DNA of 64,000 nucleotides from Alphaproteobacteria bacterium (GTDB lineage Bacteria > Pseudomonadota > Alphaproteobacteria > MPNO01). This document shows positions 49,313 through 59,365 of this stretch, piece after piece; the first letter of the stretch is position 1; every line of letters begins with the position of its first letter. The DNA lies in contig CBDFLJ010000001.1 in the NCBI GenBank assembly GCA_965248835.1, positions 480,001 to 544,000 of the forward strand. The letters are read 5' to 3'. The notes beneath the pieces are model-generated. The model worked only from the letters and a program-made list of their open reading frames with translations, made no database searches and was not told where the DNA came from. The position numbers and the translations under genes were made by a program.

Positions 49313-50176
49313 TCAGCGCTCGGCCTTGACCGGGTTGGACAGAACGCCGATTCCCTCGATCTCGATCTCGCAGGTGTCGCCGCGCTTCATGAAAATCGGC
49401 GGCTTGCGTACGAAGCCGACGCCGGCCGGCGTTCCGGTGACGAACATGTCGCCGGGCTCGAGCGTGAAGATCGTGCTGGCTTCCTTGATCAGCGTCGCCA
49501 CGTCGAAGATCATCGCCGCGGTGGTCGAGGACTGCAGTACCGCACGGTTCAGCCTGCACTCGATCTTGAGCCCTTTGGCGCCCTTGGGCAGCTCGTCGGG
49601 GGTGACGAGTTCCGGCCCGATGGCGCCGCTGCGGTCGAAGTTCTTGCCGATTGTCCACTGCGAGGTGCGCATCTGGAAGTCGCGGACCGAGCCCTCGTTG
49701 GCGATGGTGTAGCCGGCCACGTGGTCGAGCGCCCTGGATTTGGCGATCCGGCGCCCCGGCTTGCCGATGACCACGACCAGCTCCGCCTCGTAGTCGAAAT
49801 GCTTCGATGCCTTGGGGCGGATCAGCGGCTGGCGGTGGCCGACGAACGAGGCCGTGGTGCGCATGAACAGCACCGGATAGTCCGGCGGGGTCAGGTTGGC
49901 CTCGGCCGCGTGGTCGCTGTAGTTCAGCCCGACGCAGATGATCTTGCCCGGGTTGGTGATCGGCGGAAGGTAGCTCACCCGGCCCCTGACGACCGCCTCC
50001 CGCGGTGGCCGGCGTGCGGCGCGCGCAGCCTTTGCCATCGCGCCCTTGCCGGCGGTGAGCAGGCCGATCATGTCGCGCGGCAGTTCGGGCGCGGCAACCG
50101 AAAGGTCGACCAGCCCGGCCGCGCCGCGCACGCCGATGGCGGCCTCGCGGCCGCGCTTGAAGCTCACTAGACGCAT
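49313..50176 (-). CDS. Fumarylacetoacetate hydrolase family protein
   Basis: KIICVGLNY, DYEAEL, RDFQ..SQW..GKNFD, TGTPAGVG. Confidence 0.92.
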   Translation of the reverse strand: MRLVSFKRGREAAIGVRGAAGLVDLSVAAPELPRDMIGLLTAGKGAMAKAARAARRPPREAVVRGRVSYLPPITNPGKIICVGLNYSDHAAEANLTPPDYPVLFMRTTASFVGHRQPLIRPKASKHFDYEAELVVVIGKPGRRIAKSRALDHVAGYTIANEGSVRDFQMRTSQWTIGKNFDRSGAIGPELVTPDELPKGAKGLKIECRLNRAVLQSSTTAAMIFDVATLIKEASTIFTLEPGDMFVTGTPAGVGFVRKPPIFMKRGDTCEIEIEGIGVLSNPVKAER

Positions 50177-50220
50177 CTCTGTCTCCCTGGTGTTGAGGCT
50201 GCGGGTTTCGTCTTCGCGGC

Positions 50221-50943
50221 CTAGTTCTCCGGATCCCCGTCGGTCAAGTAATCCCACATGCGCTCGAAGATCCGGCCGGTGGTGGCGGCCCGCGCGCTTG
50301 CCTCCTCCAGCGGGATCTCGACAGACTCTGCGTTGCCGCCGATCGCTAGCACCGCAAGCTCGGTCCGCGCCGCTTCTTCGAGGTAGAACGCCATCACGAT
50401 GCTCTCCTCGACCGTTTCGCCGGTCAGGATCACGCCGTTGCCGCGCATCACGATTGCGCGCGCCTCGCCCAGCGTCTCGGCAAGGCGGCGCGCCGTCTCG
50501 TCCGAACGCAGCAGCGCCGGATCGTCCCACAGCACCGGCCCCGGCGCGAAGTAGCAGCCGAAGCCGTGCCGGGCGCGCGGCGTCCGGCGGAAGGTCGACA
50601 AGGTCATGGTCTCGCGCAGGAAAGTCCGGCAGATGCCGTTGACGTCCGGGCGCCGGCGATAGATCTGCTGATGGCAACGCACCTCGCCCAAAACGCCCTC
50701 GGGCAACGGGCCGTCGATTGCGACCACCGTCCCGTCCTCGCCGACGCGGATCTGCCCCATCGGCTTGGCCGCGCAGACCAGGAACCGGTCCGCATCAAGC
50801 CGGGCACTGACATGGCCGTAGGCATGGCCGAGGTCGTGTCGGGCGAGCGCGCGGGCGGCCTTACGGACGCGCCGCTGGGTCGTCTCCAGCGGCTCGCCGA
50901 GCGTTCCGAACGCCGTTTCAGCCAATCGCCTGCCTTTCTTCAC
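50221..50943 (-). CDS. Class II aldolase/decarboxylase (CmtD-like)
   Basis: HAYGHVSAR, GVLGEVRCHQQIY, IVMRGNG; adjacent to extradiol dioxygenase. Confidence 0.8.
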   Translation of the reverse strand: MKKGRRLAETAFGTLGEPLETTQRRVRKAARALARHDLGHAYGHVSARLDADRFLVCAAKPMGQIRVGEDGTVVAIDGPLPEGVLGEVRCHQQIYRRRPDVNGICRTFLRETMTLSTFRRTPRARHGFGCYFAPGPVLWDDPALLRSDETARRLAETLGEARAIVMRGNGVILTGETVEESIVMAFYLEEAARTELAVLAIGGNAESVEIPLEEASARAATTGRIFERMWDYLTDGDPEN

Positions 50944-50962
50944 CTGGGCCGCCCGCTCGAGG

Positions 50963-51817
50963 CTAGCTGCGGAACTCCTGGATGTCGGGCTTGGCGCCCC
51001 ACATGCAGAAGGACATGTCCTCGAACGGGAATTGGCGCGGCCGGTAGTCCGCGTCTTCGATCAAGCGTACGCCTTGGGAATACTCGTAGACCATGCCGTC
51101 GGGCCCCTCGAAATAGAGGAACCGCGCGCCGGAGCTCGGATGGCGGCCGGGCCCGAAGACGATGCGCACCTGGCGCTCGCTCAGGAAATAATGCGAGCGC
51201 ATGATGTCATCGACCGTCTCGACCTGGAAGTTGATGTGCTGCACCCCGGGGCCGTCGGCGGGGAACAGCGCCAACCTGTGGTGGACCTTGTCGAAGGACA
51301 GCAGCGCCGCGGTGCCGATCCAGTCGTTGGCCCGGACGTTGAACAGCCCGGTCCAGAACGCCTCGTCGCGCGGCGCATCCGAAGTCCTGAGCCCAACATG
51401 GGAGAATTCCTGAATGCCGGCATCGCGGCTCGGGAAATAGCGTTTTCCGCTGTGATAGGGGCGCAGCACGACATCGATGCTGTTGCCGGTCGGGTCGCGA
51501 AAATTTATGTAGTCGAGCACGCGCCGCGCGGCCGCGCCCTCGGCCGTTCCACGGTTCACGGTCACGCCGGCGGCCTCGAGTTCGGCTGCGGCGTCGTCGA
51601 GCGAGGCCTCGGAATCGAGCTCGAACCCCAGCGTGTGATCCCCCGGGTCGCCGGTGAAGTAGCAGATGTTGTGATCGCGGTCGTCGCCGCGCAGATAGGC
51701 CACCCGGTCGTCGCGCCGGACCAGCTCCAACCCGAGGATCTCACGGCCGTAGGCCACCGCGGCGTCGAGGTCGCCCGTGCCCATGCGCACATAGCGGATT
51801 TCGACCAGCCTGATCAT
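50963..51817 (-). CDS. Type I extradiol ring-cleavage dioxygenase (CmtC-like)
   Basis: FSHVGL, VHHRLAL, VQHINF, GPGRHPSSGARFLYFEGPDGMVYEY (His/His/Glu Fe ligands). Confidence 0.85.
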   Translation of the reverse strand: MIRLVEIRYVRMGTGDLDAAVAYGREILGLELVRRDDRVAYLRGDDRDHNICYFTGDPGDHTLGFELDSEASLDDAAAELEAAGVTVNRGTAEGAAARRVLDYINFRDPTGNSIDVVLRPYHSGKRYFPSRDAGIQEFSHVGLRTSDAPRDEAFWTGLFNVRANDWIGTAALLSFDKVHHRLALFPADGPGVQHINFQVETVDDIMRSHYFLSERQVRIVFGPGRHPSSGARFLYFEGPDGMVYEYSQGVRLIEDADYRPRQFPFEDMSFCMWGAKPDIQEFRS

Positions 51818-51992
51818 ATTGTCCTCCCGGATCGCGAGACGCTGAAGAGGATGCAAATCCGCCAGCATGATACCCGCCCGCCCGCCCCGTTCAAAGGGTT
51901 GAAGGGCCGGGACCCGCGCGCGAGGACCGGCAAAGCCGATTGAGCCTGGATGGGTTGGCCGGGCGGAAATAGCCCAGCGGGAATCGCCGCCC

Positions 51993-53129
51993 CTAAACCA
52001 GGCGGATCACCTCGCCCGAAGCCTCCTTGCCATAGCGTTGCAGGAAGCCGAGCTTGGCCAGCGTCGGCTCGTCGCTGACCACGAACAGGATCGCGTCTTC
52101 CTCGTCGGAGCCGTTGACGTGCTCGAACCATTCCCCGCCGGGGACGGCGATCGCATCGAAACGGTCCCATTCCAGCGTCTTGCCGCCGATGATCGAGCGT
52201 CCGCTCCCGTGGAAGGGGAAACAGACCAGCGATGCGTTCTGCCGCTGCGGCCTGGTTCTCTCGCCCGGGCGCAGCATCTGGCCGAAGAAGGCCATCGTCG
52301 GATAGGGCGGCTGTCCGGTGGTCGGATCGGTGTATTCAACCGTGATCGCGTCATAGGGGCTGCCCTCGTGATCGCGGAACCGCTCCAGCAGTTCGCGGGT
52401 CCTCTCCCATCGATAGACATACATCGGCGAGGCGCGGCCGGATCCGCGGCTGTGGTCGACGAAGCGCGGCATGAGCCCGCCCTGGCCGTAGACCCGGGTC
52501 GAATAATCATCGCCGTAGCGGAGGGTCTGCTCGCGCTTGCGCACCCCGTCCTCGGCGTAGTCGTGCTCGAAGCGCGCCGCGTTCAATATCTCGGACAGCG
52601 GCAGGTCCAGCACGCTGACATTGACCGCGAAATCATCGCCGTGGTTGCCGTGGTTGTGCCAGGCGTCCGCCGGCGTCAGCACCAGATCGCCCGGCCCGAA
52701 GATGATGTTCTCGCCCTCGACGCCGGTGAAGTTGTTGGCCCCCGTCAGCCCGATGCGCACGGCGTTGATGCTGTGGCGGTGCGGCGGCATGACCTCGCGC
52801 GGATCGTTCAGCCGATAAGCGGTATAAAGGGTGGAGACCGTCGCGCGGACCGGCGCCATGCCCGGGTTGACCAGAACCACAGAACGGCGCTCGGAGTCCT
52901 CCATCGAGACAAGCTCGGCCGACTCGTAGAGGATCGGCTCGATGTCGCGGTACTTCCACACGTAAGGCTGCGCCTTGCGTGCCTTGAGGATCTGGGCGTC
53001 CTCGTCGTGGTCGGCTTCGGTCTCGACCGCCCAGTAGGGCGCCATGTCGAGCGCATCAAGCCTGCTGTAAAGAGCCTCCAGCCGCGCCCCGCGGTTGGAC
53101 CCGCCCGGTTCCGGATCGAGGCTTGCCAT
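51993..53129 (-). CDS. Bicupin dioxygenase, gentisate 1,2-dioxygenase family
   Basis: ERRSVVLVNPG, PPHRHS, GDLVLTP..WHNH, VLDLP, VEYTDPTTG. Confidence 0.85.
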   Translation of the reverse strand: MASLDPEPGGSNRGARLEALYSRLDALDMAPYWAVETEADHDEDAQILKARKAQPYVWKYRDIEPILYESAELVSMEDSERRSVVLVNPGMAPVRATVSTLYTAYRLNDPREVMPPHRHSINAVRIGLTGANNFTGVEGENIIFGPGDLVLTPADAWHNHGNHGDDFAVNVSVLDLPLSEILNAARFEHDYAEDGVRKREQTLRYGDDYSTRVYGQGGLMPRFVDHSRGSGRASPMYVYRWERTRELLERFRDHEGSPYDAITVEYTDPTTGQPPYPTMAFFGQMLRPGERTRPQRQNASLVCFPFHGSGRSIIGGKTLEWDRFDAIAVPGGEWFEHVNGSDEEDAILFVVSDEPTLAKLGFLQRYGKEASGEVIRLV

Positions 53130-53203
53130 CAATGGTCTCCGTGATCGCCGCTGCCGTTTCGCCGAGACTACCATGCCCAGCACGCTTTTGCCCGGCGAAG
53201 CGC

Positions 53204-53659
53204 TCAGCTCTCGTCGAGCGGGCTCAGCCGGGTCGAAGGCGCGAACTGGTCCTCCAGCCGGTTGGCGTGGCGGTGGATCAGCCGCCACTCGCCCGCCAGC
53301 AAGCGGAAGACATGGGTGACCCGGTTGGACCACCGGGTCGGCCGCTCCATGCCGTCCATCCGGACCTCGAAGGTCTCGATGTCGGTGGTGTAGGCAAGTT
53401 CCTGCGTGACCACCTTGGTCAGGAGCTGGTGGCTTACCGTGCCGCCCTTGAACTGCCGGCCGGCCCAGTCCCAGCGCGCGGAGACCGCCTGCCAGCCCTT
53501 CTCGTAGCCGCCCCAGCCGTAGAAGCTGGTCGCCTCCTCGGTCCGGGCGTACAGCGCCTTGATCGCCGCGACGTCGCCGTTGGCGACATCGGCGAGCGCG
53601 GCGCGCAGCCTGGCCAGGGCGTCGTCGAAGGCCGGCTGCCGGGGAATGTCGTCTGCCAT
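53204..53659 (-). CDS. NTF2/SnoaL-like protein
   Basis: LAYTTDIE, RVTHVFR..GEWRLIHRHA. Confidence 0.8.
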   Translation of the reverse strand: MADDIPRQPAFDDALARLRAALADVANGDVAAIKALYARTEEATSFYGWGGYEKGWQAVSARWDWAGRQFKGGTVSHQLLTKVVTQELAYTTDIETFEVRMDGMERPTRWSNRVTHVFRLLAGEWRLIHRHANRLEDQFAPSTRLSPLDES

Positions 53660-53725
53660 GGACCCAGCTTGGCGGGGCCTCGACCGGCGGTCAAACCGAT
53701 GCTGCGGATGGAACGGACCGGACCA

Positions 53726-54700
53726 TCAGTCGTTGTGGCGCTTGGCGCGCGTGGCCTCGAACTCGCTGAGCGGCGGTGACAGGTAGCGGCGCAGATCCGA
53801 GACGTCGACCGGCGGCACGTCGCCGATCGGGCGGTCGCCGCGGATCGTGATCCGGTCGAGCTTGCGGCGCTGGGGGTAGTAGTCGTGGAGCGCCGAATGC
53901 TGGACCGAGCGGTTGTCCCAGAACACCACCATGCCCGGCTTCCAACGGTGGCGGTAGTGGTATTCGTGGCGCAGCGTCCGCTGGTAGAGGAAGTCGAGGA
54001 TCATCTTGTTCTCGCCCTCGTCCATCCCCTTGATATGGAGCGTGAAGGAGCGGTTGACATAGATCGCCTTGCGTCCGGTCACCGGGTGGACGCGCACCAC
54101 CGGGTGGGCCATCAGCGGATAGATCTTCTCGAAATGGCGCAGGCGGTCCTTGCCGCGCTCGCTCTGCGAGAACAGCTTCTTGAACGCCATGAAGTCGTGG
54201 ACCGCTTCGAGGCCAGACAGGAAACGCTGCATCCGGTCGGACAGACCGTCATAGAGCGCACTCATGCTGCAGAACGCGGTATCCCCGCCGGGCGAGGGAA
54301 TGATCTTGGCGCACAGGATCGTGCCCATCGGCGGACATTCGCGGAACGTCTCGTCGGAATGCCAGATGTCGGTCGACGGCGGCGGATTGCCTTCCTTGTT
54401 GTCGAAGACGATCAGTTCCGGGATGTCTTCGTCGTTGGTCGAGAACGGATGGACCGTCAATTCGCCGAACTGCCTGCCGAAGGCGACGAGCTGTTCGGAG
54501 GTAATGTGCTGATCCGGGAACACCACGACGCCGTGCTCGGCATGGGCGGCCGTGATCGCCTCGACGGTCGGCCTGTCGAGCGGCCGGCTGAGGTCGACCC
54601 CGGTGATCTCCGCGCCGCAGAATACGCCCAGCGGCTCGATCGAGAGCGCCGCCTGATCCGCTGATACGCCTTCCGAGGCAAGGGGTGCAATTTCCGCCAT
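53726..54700 (-). CDS. TauD/TfdA family dioxygenase (paralog of 42714-43661)
   Basis: WHSDETF, GGDT, HPVVRVHPVTGRK, WDNRSVQHSA; start could be up to 54772. Confidence 0.92.
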   Translation of the reverse strand: MAEIAPLASEGVSADQAALSIEPLGVFCGAEITGVDLSRPLDRPTVEAITAAHAEHGVVVFPDQHITSEQLVAFGRQFGELTVHPFSTNDEDIPELIVFDNKEGNPPPSTDIWHSDETFRECPPMGTILCAKIIPSPGGDTAFCSMSALYDGLSDRMQRFLSGLEAVHDFMAFKKLFSQSERGKDRLRHFEKIYPLMAHPVVRVHPVTGRKAIYVNRSFTLHIKGMDEGENKMILDFLYQRTLRHEYHYRHRWKPGMVVFWDNRSVQHSALHDYYPQRRKLDRITIRGDRPIGDVPPVDVSDLRRYLSPPLSEFEATRAKRHND

Positions 54701-54788
54701 GAGCGCAGCCTTTCCGCGAAGTTCCGGTTGAATGGTCGGCGCCGAGCCTATCACGGATGGATCGGCTGCCAAAGGCCGCGTGCGGCGG

Positions 54789-55610
54789 TCACACCGCCCA
54801 ATCGTGGCGGTCGATGCAGGTGGCCACGACCTCGTCCGGATCGCGCCGCCACCAGTCGTAGCTCGAGAAGATCTCGACCTCGTTGAAGCCGTTGAACCCC
54901 GCGCGCTGGACCCAGCGGCGGATCTTGGGGATATCGACGACGCCGTCGCCCATCATGCCGCGGTCGAACACCAAATCGCGGGTGTTGCGCAGCCAGTCGT
55001 TGACGTGGAAGGCCAGAATCCGGCCGGCCGCGCGCCTGATCTCGGCTTCCAACGCGGGGTCCCACCAGACGTGGTAGATGTCCACGGCGATTCCGATGCC
55101 CTCGCCCAGGGCCTCGCACATGTCGTTGGCCTGGGCCAGCGTGGACACGCAGCCGCGGTCCGCGCACGTCATCGGGTGCATCGGCTCGATCGCCAGCTTC
55201 ATCCCGGCGGCGCGTGCCTCGGGCAGCAGGACCGTGAGCGCGTCCATGACCTGGGCCCGCGCGCCGGCGAGGTCCTTGGAGCCTTCCGGCACACCGCCGG
55301 CGACCAGGATCACGCAGGCCGCCTTGACCGCCACGGCCTGGTCGATTGCCGCGCGGTTGTCGTCGATCGCGCATTGCCGGCCGGCCGCGTCGATCGCCGG
55401 GAACAGTCCGCCCCGGCACAGGCCGGTGACCGTCATGCCGTGGTCATCGAGGATCCGTGCCGCTTCGGCCACGCCGCATTCGGCAAGCTTGTCACGCCAC
55501 AGCGCAATGCCGCGCACGCCGTGGCGCGCATAGCCTTCGACCGCCTCGCGCAGGGTCCACTGATCGCGGGTGGTGATCTGGTTGATCGAAAGCTTCTCGA
55601 TGCCCGGCAT
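54789..55610 (-). CDS. Sugar phosphate isomerase/epimerase (xylose isomerase-like TIM barrel)
   Basis: LSINQIT, LCRGG, AIEPMHP, DIYHVWWD, FHVNDW, DRGMMGDG, EVEIF. Confidence 0.88.
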   Translation of the reverse strand: MPGIEKLSINQITTRDQWTLREAVEGYARHGVRGIALWRDKLAECGVAEAARILDDHGMTVTGLCRGGLFPAIDAAGRQCAIDDNRAAIDQAVAVKAACVILVAGGVPEGSKDLAGARAQVMDALTVLLPEARAAGMKLAIEPMHPMTCADRGCVSTLAQANDMCEALGEGIGIAVDIYHVWWDPALEAEIRRAAGRILAFHVNDWLRNTRDLVFDRGMMGDGVVDIPKIRRWVQRAGFNGFNEVEIFSSYDWWRRDPDEVVATCIDRHDWAV

Positions 55611-56776
55611 CAGGCGGCGATCCCATGGACCGCCATGACCGAGCGCATGCGGCTTGCCGCGCGGTCGGCGTCGGACAGGAGACCGGCGCGGTCGGCCAGG
55701 CGGAACAGCTCGGCAAGGTGGACCGCGGAGCGGGCGCTCTGCTGGCCGCCGATCATGGTGAAATGGTCCTGCAACCCGTTGAGATAGGCCATGAACACCA
55801 CGCCGGTCTTGTAGAACCGGGTCGGCGCCCTGAAGATGTGGCGCGACAGCGCAACGGTGGGCGCCAGGATCTCGTGGAAGTCCTCCCTGCGGTTTCCGGA
55901 CAAGGCGGCCAGCGCGGCCGAGGCCGCCGGCGCGATGGCATCGAAGATCCCCAGGAGCGCGTCGCTGTAGCCCTGCTCGTCGCCCTCGATCAGCTCGGGG
56001 TAGTTGAAGTCGTCGCCGGTATACATGCGAACGCCCGCAGGCAACCGGCGGCGCATCGCGATTTCCTTGTCCTTGTCCAGGAGCGAGACCTTGACGCCGT
56101 CGATCTTGTCCGCATTGGCCTCGATCACCTGCAGGCAGACATCCATCGCCGGCCAGTGGTCGTCATGGCCCCAATAGCCGGCAAGCGCCGGATCGAACAT
56201 CTCGCCCAGCCAGTGGATGATCACCGGCTCGGCGACCTGCGACAGGATGCGGTCGTAGACGGTCAAGTAGTCCTCGGGCCCCTTGGCCACGGCGGCGAGC
56301 GCACGCGAGGCCATCAGGATGATCCGCCCGCCCAGGCCCTCGACCGCCGCGCATTGGCTCGCATAGGCCGCGATTACGTCCTCGATCGTCAACGCCGGGT
56401 CTGGGGCGATGTGGTCGGTGCCGGCGCCCGAAGCGACCACCGCGCCCGGGATCGCCCGGCTTTCGGCGACCGAGCGCCGGATCAGCTCGAGCGAGGTGGG
56501 CCAGTCGAGCCCCATGCCGCGCTGGGCGGTGTCCATCGCCTCGGCGACGCCGAGCCCGAGCCGCCAGAGGTGGTGGCGAAAGGCCAGCGTCGCCTCCCAG
56601 TCGATCGGCGCGTCGAGCCACGGGTCGGCGTCGGCGCGCGGATCGGCCACAACATGCGCTGCGGCATAGGCGATGCGGTTGAACGTTCGGTCCGATGGCG
56701 GCTCGATCTCGCGCGGGCCGGCCATCGCGAAGCGCTCGATGATGCCGGCTTCGGTCGGCAGGTCCAGGCTCGGCAT
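55610..56776 (-). CDS. DUF993 family (DHDPS-like) protein
   Basis: YAAAHVVADP, AEAMDTAQRGMG, ILMASR, HWLGEMFDP, KVSLLD, YTGDDFNY. Confidence 0.85.
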   Translation of the reverse strand: MPSLDLPTEAGIIERFAMAGPREIEPPSDRTFNRIAYAAAHVVADPRADADPWLDAPIDWEATLAFRHHLWRLGLGVAEAMDTAQRGMGLDWPTSLELIRRSVAESRAIPGAVVASGAGTDHIAPDPALTIEDVIAAYASQCAAVEGLGGRIILMASRALAAVAKGPEDYLTVYDRILSQVAEPVIIHWLGEMFDPALAGYWGHDDHWPAMDVCLQVIEANADKIDGVKVSLLDKDKEIAMRRRLPAGVRMYTGDDFNYPELIEGDEQGYSDALLGIFDAIAPAASAALAALSGNRREDFHEILAPTVALSRHIFRAPTRFYKTGVVFMAYLNGLQDHFTMIGGQQSARSAVHLAELFRLADRAGLLSDADRAASRMRSVMAVHGIAA

Positions 56777-56778
56777 GA

Positions 56779-57930
56779 TCAGCCCTCCAATGACGGGATG
56801 TCGATCCAGCGGCTCTCGGCCCAACTCTGCATCGCGCACTCGGCAAGCTGGACGCCCTTGGCCCCCTCCAGCAGGGTCCAGGTGAAGTCGGTGTCGCCGT
56901 AGAGCGCGCGGATGAACAACTCCCACTCGGTCTTGAAACCATTCTCGAAGCTCTCCTCGGCGGCGTATTCGCGCCAGGTGCCGAAGAAGTCGATCGTCTG
57001 CGGCTCGTCGGGGTTCCATACCGGGGACGGCGTGGCATCCCGGTCCTGGACGTAGCAGCGGGTGAGGCCGCAGACCGCAGCTCCCAGGACGCCGTCGGCA
57101 TGGAAGGTCACCAGGTCGTCCTTGCGAACCCGCGTGCACCAGCTTGCGAAGATCTGGGCCGTGGCGCCGCCTTCCAGCTCGACCATCGCGTAGGAGGCAT
57201 CATCGGCATCGGCGGCATACGGCTTGCCGTCCTCGTCCCAGCGCTTGTCGAAGTTTACCGCGCCCTTGCAGACCACGCGGCGCACCTTGCCGAAAACGTT
57301 GTCGAGCACGTAACGCCAATGCGGCATCATGTCGAGGATGACCCCGCCGCCGTCGGCCTTGCGGTAGTTCCAGCTCGGCCGCTGGGCGGGGCGCCAGTCG
57401 CCCTCGAAGACCCAATAGCCGAAATCGATCTTGACCGACAGAAGGCGGCCGAGGACGCCGTCATCGATCAGCCGCTTCATCTTGAGCAGGCCGGGCAGGA
57501 AGATCTTGTCCTGGACCACGCCGTGCCTGACGCCCGCCGCTTCCGCCCGGCGCCAGACGTCGAGCGCGTCGGCCAGGGTGTCCGCGACCGGCTTTTCGCA
57601 ATAGATATCCTTGCCCGCGTCGATCGCCTTGCGCAGCAGCCCGGCGCGCAGGTTGGTGCTCGCGGCATCGAAGAACAGCGGGTAGTCGGGATCGGCGATG
57701 GCGCCGTCGAGGTCCGTAGTCCATTTCTCCAGCCCATGGGCGGCGGCAAGGGCTGCGAGCTTGTCCTCGTTGCGGCCGACCAGCAACGGATCGGGCATGA
57801 TGCGCCGTCCGTCGGACAGCGCGAGCCCTCCTTCCTCGCGGATCCTGAGGATCGACCGGATCAGGTGCTGGTTGGTCCCCATCCGGCCGGTCACGCCGTT
57901 CATCGCAATGCCGAGCCGTTCCTGTGCCAT
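56779..57930 (-). CDS. Gfo/Idh/MocA family oxidoreductase
   Basis: NGVTGRMG, YCEKP, VQDKIFLPG, FGYWVFEG, QRPSWNY, DMMPHW. Confidence 0.9.
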   Translation of the reverse strand: MAQERLGIAMNGVTGRMGTNQHLIRSILRIREEGGLALSDGRRIMPDPLLVGRNEDKLAALAAAHGLEKWTTDLDGAIADPDYPLFFDAASTNLRAGLLRKAIDAGKDIYCEKPVADTLADALDVWRRAEAAGVRHGVVQDKIFLPGLLKMKRLIDDGVLGRLLSVKIDFGYWVFEGDWRPAQRPSWNYRKADGGGVILDMMPHWRYVLDNVFGKVRRVVCKGAVNFDKRWDEDGKPYAADADDASYAMVELEGGATAQIFASWCTRVRKDDLVTFHADGVLGAAVCGLTRCYVQDRDATPSPVWNPDEPQTIDFFGTWREYAAEESFENGFKTEWELFIRALYGDTDFTWTLLEGAKGVQLAECAMQSWAESRWIDIPSLEG

Positions 57931-58119
57931 CGCGCGCTCCCGCCTGTCGCCGGAGAAAGCATCGCCGATAGGCCGGGCCAGATCAAACCCGCCGGTTTGC
58001 GCTAGAATGGCGCCATGAGCGAGACCGGCCGGATCTCCGAAATCCCCGTAGAGGCGGCGATCGATCATGCCCCGGCGCCGGTGCCCGCCACGGCGGGCGG
58101 GCCCCGATAGGGGGGGCCG

Positions 58120-59238
58120 GTGTCCGCCCTCGAACGGATCGAGTGTGCGGTGATCGGCGCCGGTGTCGTCGGGCTCGCGGTGGCCCGGCGGCTCGCCCGG
58201 GCCGGGATCGAAGTGGTCGTGCTCGAGGCCGCGGAGACGATCGGCAGCGAGACCAGCTCACGCAATTCCGAGGTGATCCACGCCGGCATCTACTATCCCA
58301 AGGACAGCCTGAAGGCGCGCTCGTGTATCGCCGGCAAGGAGGCGCTCTACCCGTACTGCGAGGACCACGGTGTCGGCCATCGCCGCTGCGGCAAGATCAT
58401 CGTGGCCACCGAGGACTCCCAGCTCGCCGAGCTTGCGGCGCTCAAGGATAGGGCCGCCAACAACGGGGTCACGGACCTGCAATGGCTGAGCACGGCCGAG
58501 GTCGCCGAACTGGAACCGGCGGTCTTCTGCGTCGGGGCGCTTCTGTCGCCGTCGACCGGGATCATCGATTCACACGGCCTGATGCTCGCCTATCAGGGCG
58601 ATGCGGAAGCCGCCGGCGCGGTGATCGCCTTCCATGCGCCGGTGCACAGCGCGCGGATCGCCGATGACGGGATCGTGCTCGATGTCGCCGGGGTCGAGCC
58701 GATGGCGATCAAGGCCGACCGGGTGGTCAACGCGGCGGGGCTGTCGGCCCAGGCGTTGGCCCGGAAGATGGCGGGACTGCCGAAACAGACCGTCCCGAAG
58801 GACTATCTCTGCAAGGGCAACTACTACACGCTCGCCGGCCGGCCGCCGTTCACCCGGCCGATCTATCCGGTGCCCGAGAAGGCGGGCCTGGGCGTCCACG
58901 TGACCGTCGACCTCGCCGGCCAGGTTCGCTTCGGCCCCGATGTCGAATGGATCGACGAGATCGACTACGATGTCGATCCCGGCCGGGCCGATGCGTTCTA
59001 CGAAGCGGTGCGGCGCTACTACCCGGCCCTTGCCGACGGCGCGATCCAGCCCGGATATGCCGGTATCAGGCCCAAGCTCCAGGCACCGGGTGAACCGGCC
59101 GCGGACTTCATGGTCCAGGGCCCTTCGGTGCACGGCATCGACGGGCTGGTGCATCTTTACGGCATCGAATCGCCGGGCCTGACCGCCTCGCTGGCCCTCG
59201 CCGACCGAGTCGCCGAGGAGCTTTCCGCGGGGTCTTGA
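58120..59238 (+). CDS. FAD-dependent oxidoreductase, L-2-hydroxyglutarate oxidase family
   Basis: [46 protein letters not shown]. Confidence 0.9.
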   Translation: MSALERIECAVIGAGVVGLAVARRLARAGIEVVVLEAAETIGSETSSRNSEVIHAGIYYPKDSLKARSCIAGKEALYPYCEDHGVGHRRCGKIIVATEDSQLAELAALKDRAANNGVTDLQWLSTAEVAELEPAVFCVGALLSPSTGIIDSHGLMLAYQGDAEAAGAVIAFHAPVHSARIADDGIVLDVAGVEPMAIKADRVVNAAGLSAQALARKMAGLPKQTVPKDYLCKGNYYTLAGRPPFTRPIYPVPEKAGLGVHVTVDLAGQVRFGPDVEWIDEIDYDVDPGRADAFYEAVRRYYPALADGAIQPGYAGIRPKLQAPGEPAADFMVQGPSVHGIDGLVHLYGIESPGLTASLALADRVAEELSAGS

Positions 59239-59265
59239 ATCGCCGTCGACCCGTCCCAAATATAT
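59234..59265 (+). promoter_or_regulatory. RpoH (sigma32)-type promoter
   Basis: CTTGAA-N15-CCCAAATATAT upstream of a small heat-shock gene. Confidence 0.7.
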
Positions 59266-59269
59266 CCCG

Positions 59270-59365
59270 TCGGGTGCCGTTGAGCGGACCCGGCAGACCG
59301 GTCGACCCGTTTGGGTGGCCACCGATCCTACGGATTGCTCACACTCAAGGAGGACTGTAGCCATG
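59270..59365 (+). ncRNA. ROSE-like RNA thermometer in the ibpA 5' UTR
   Basis: Several hairpins; last one CTACGG-ATTGCTC...GAGGA-CTGTAG pairs a U(U/C)GCU motif with the Shine-Dalgarno sequence. Confidence 0.7.

Noticed and set aside
58015-58110. 31-codon ORF MSETGRISEIPVEAAIDHAPAP... before the FAD oxidoreductase
   Set aside because: No recognisable family or RBS; mentioned only as a possible scar.
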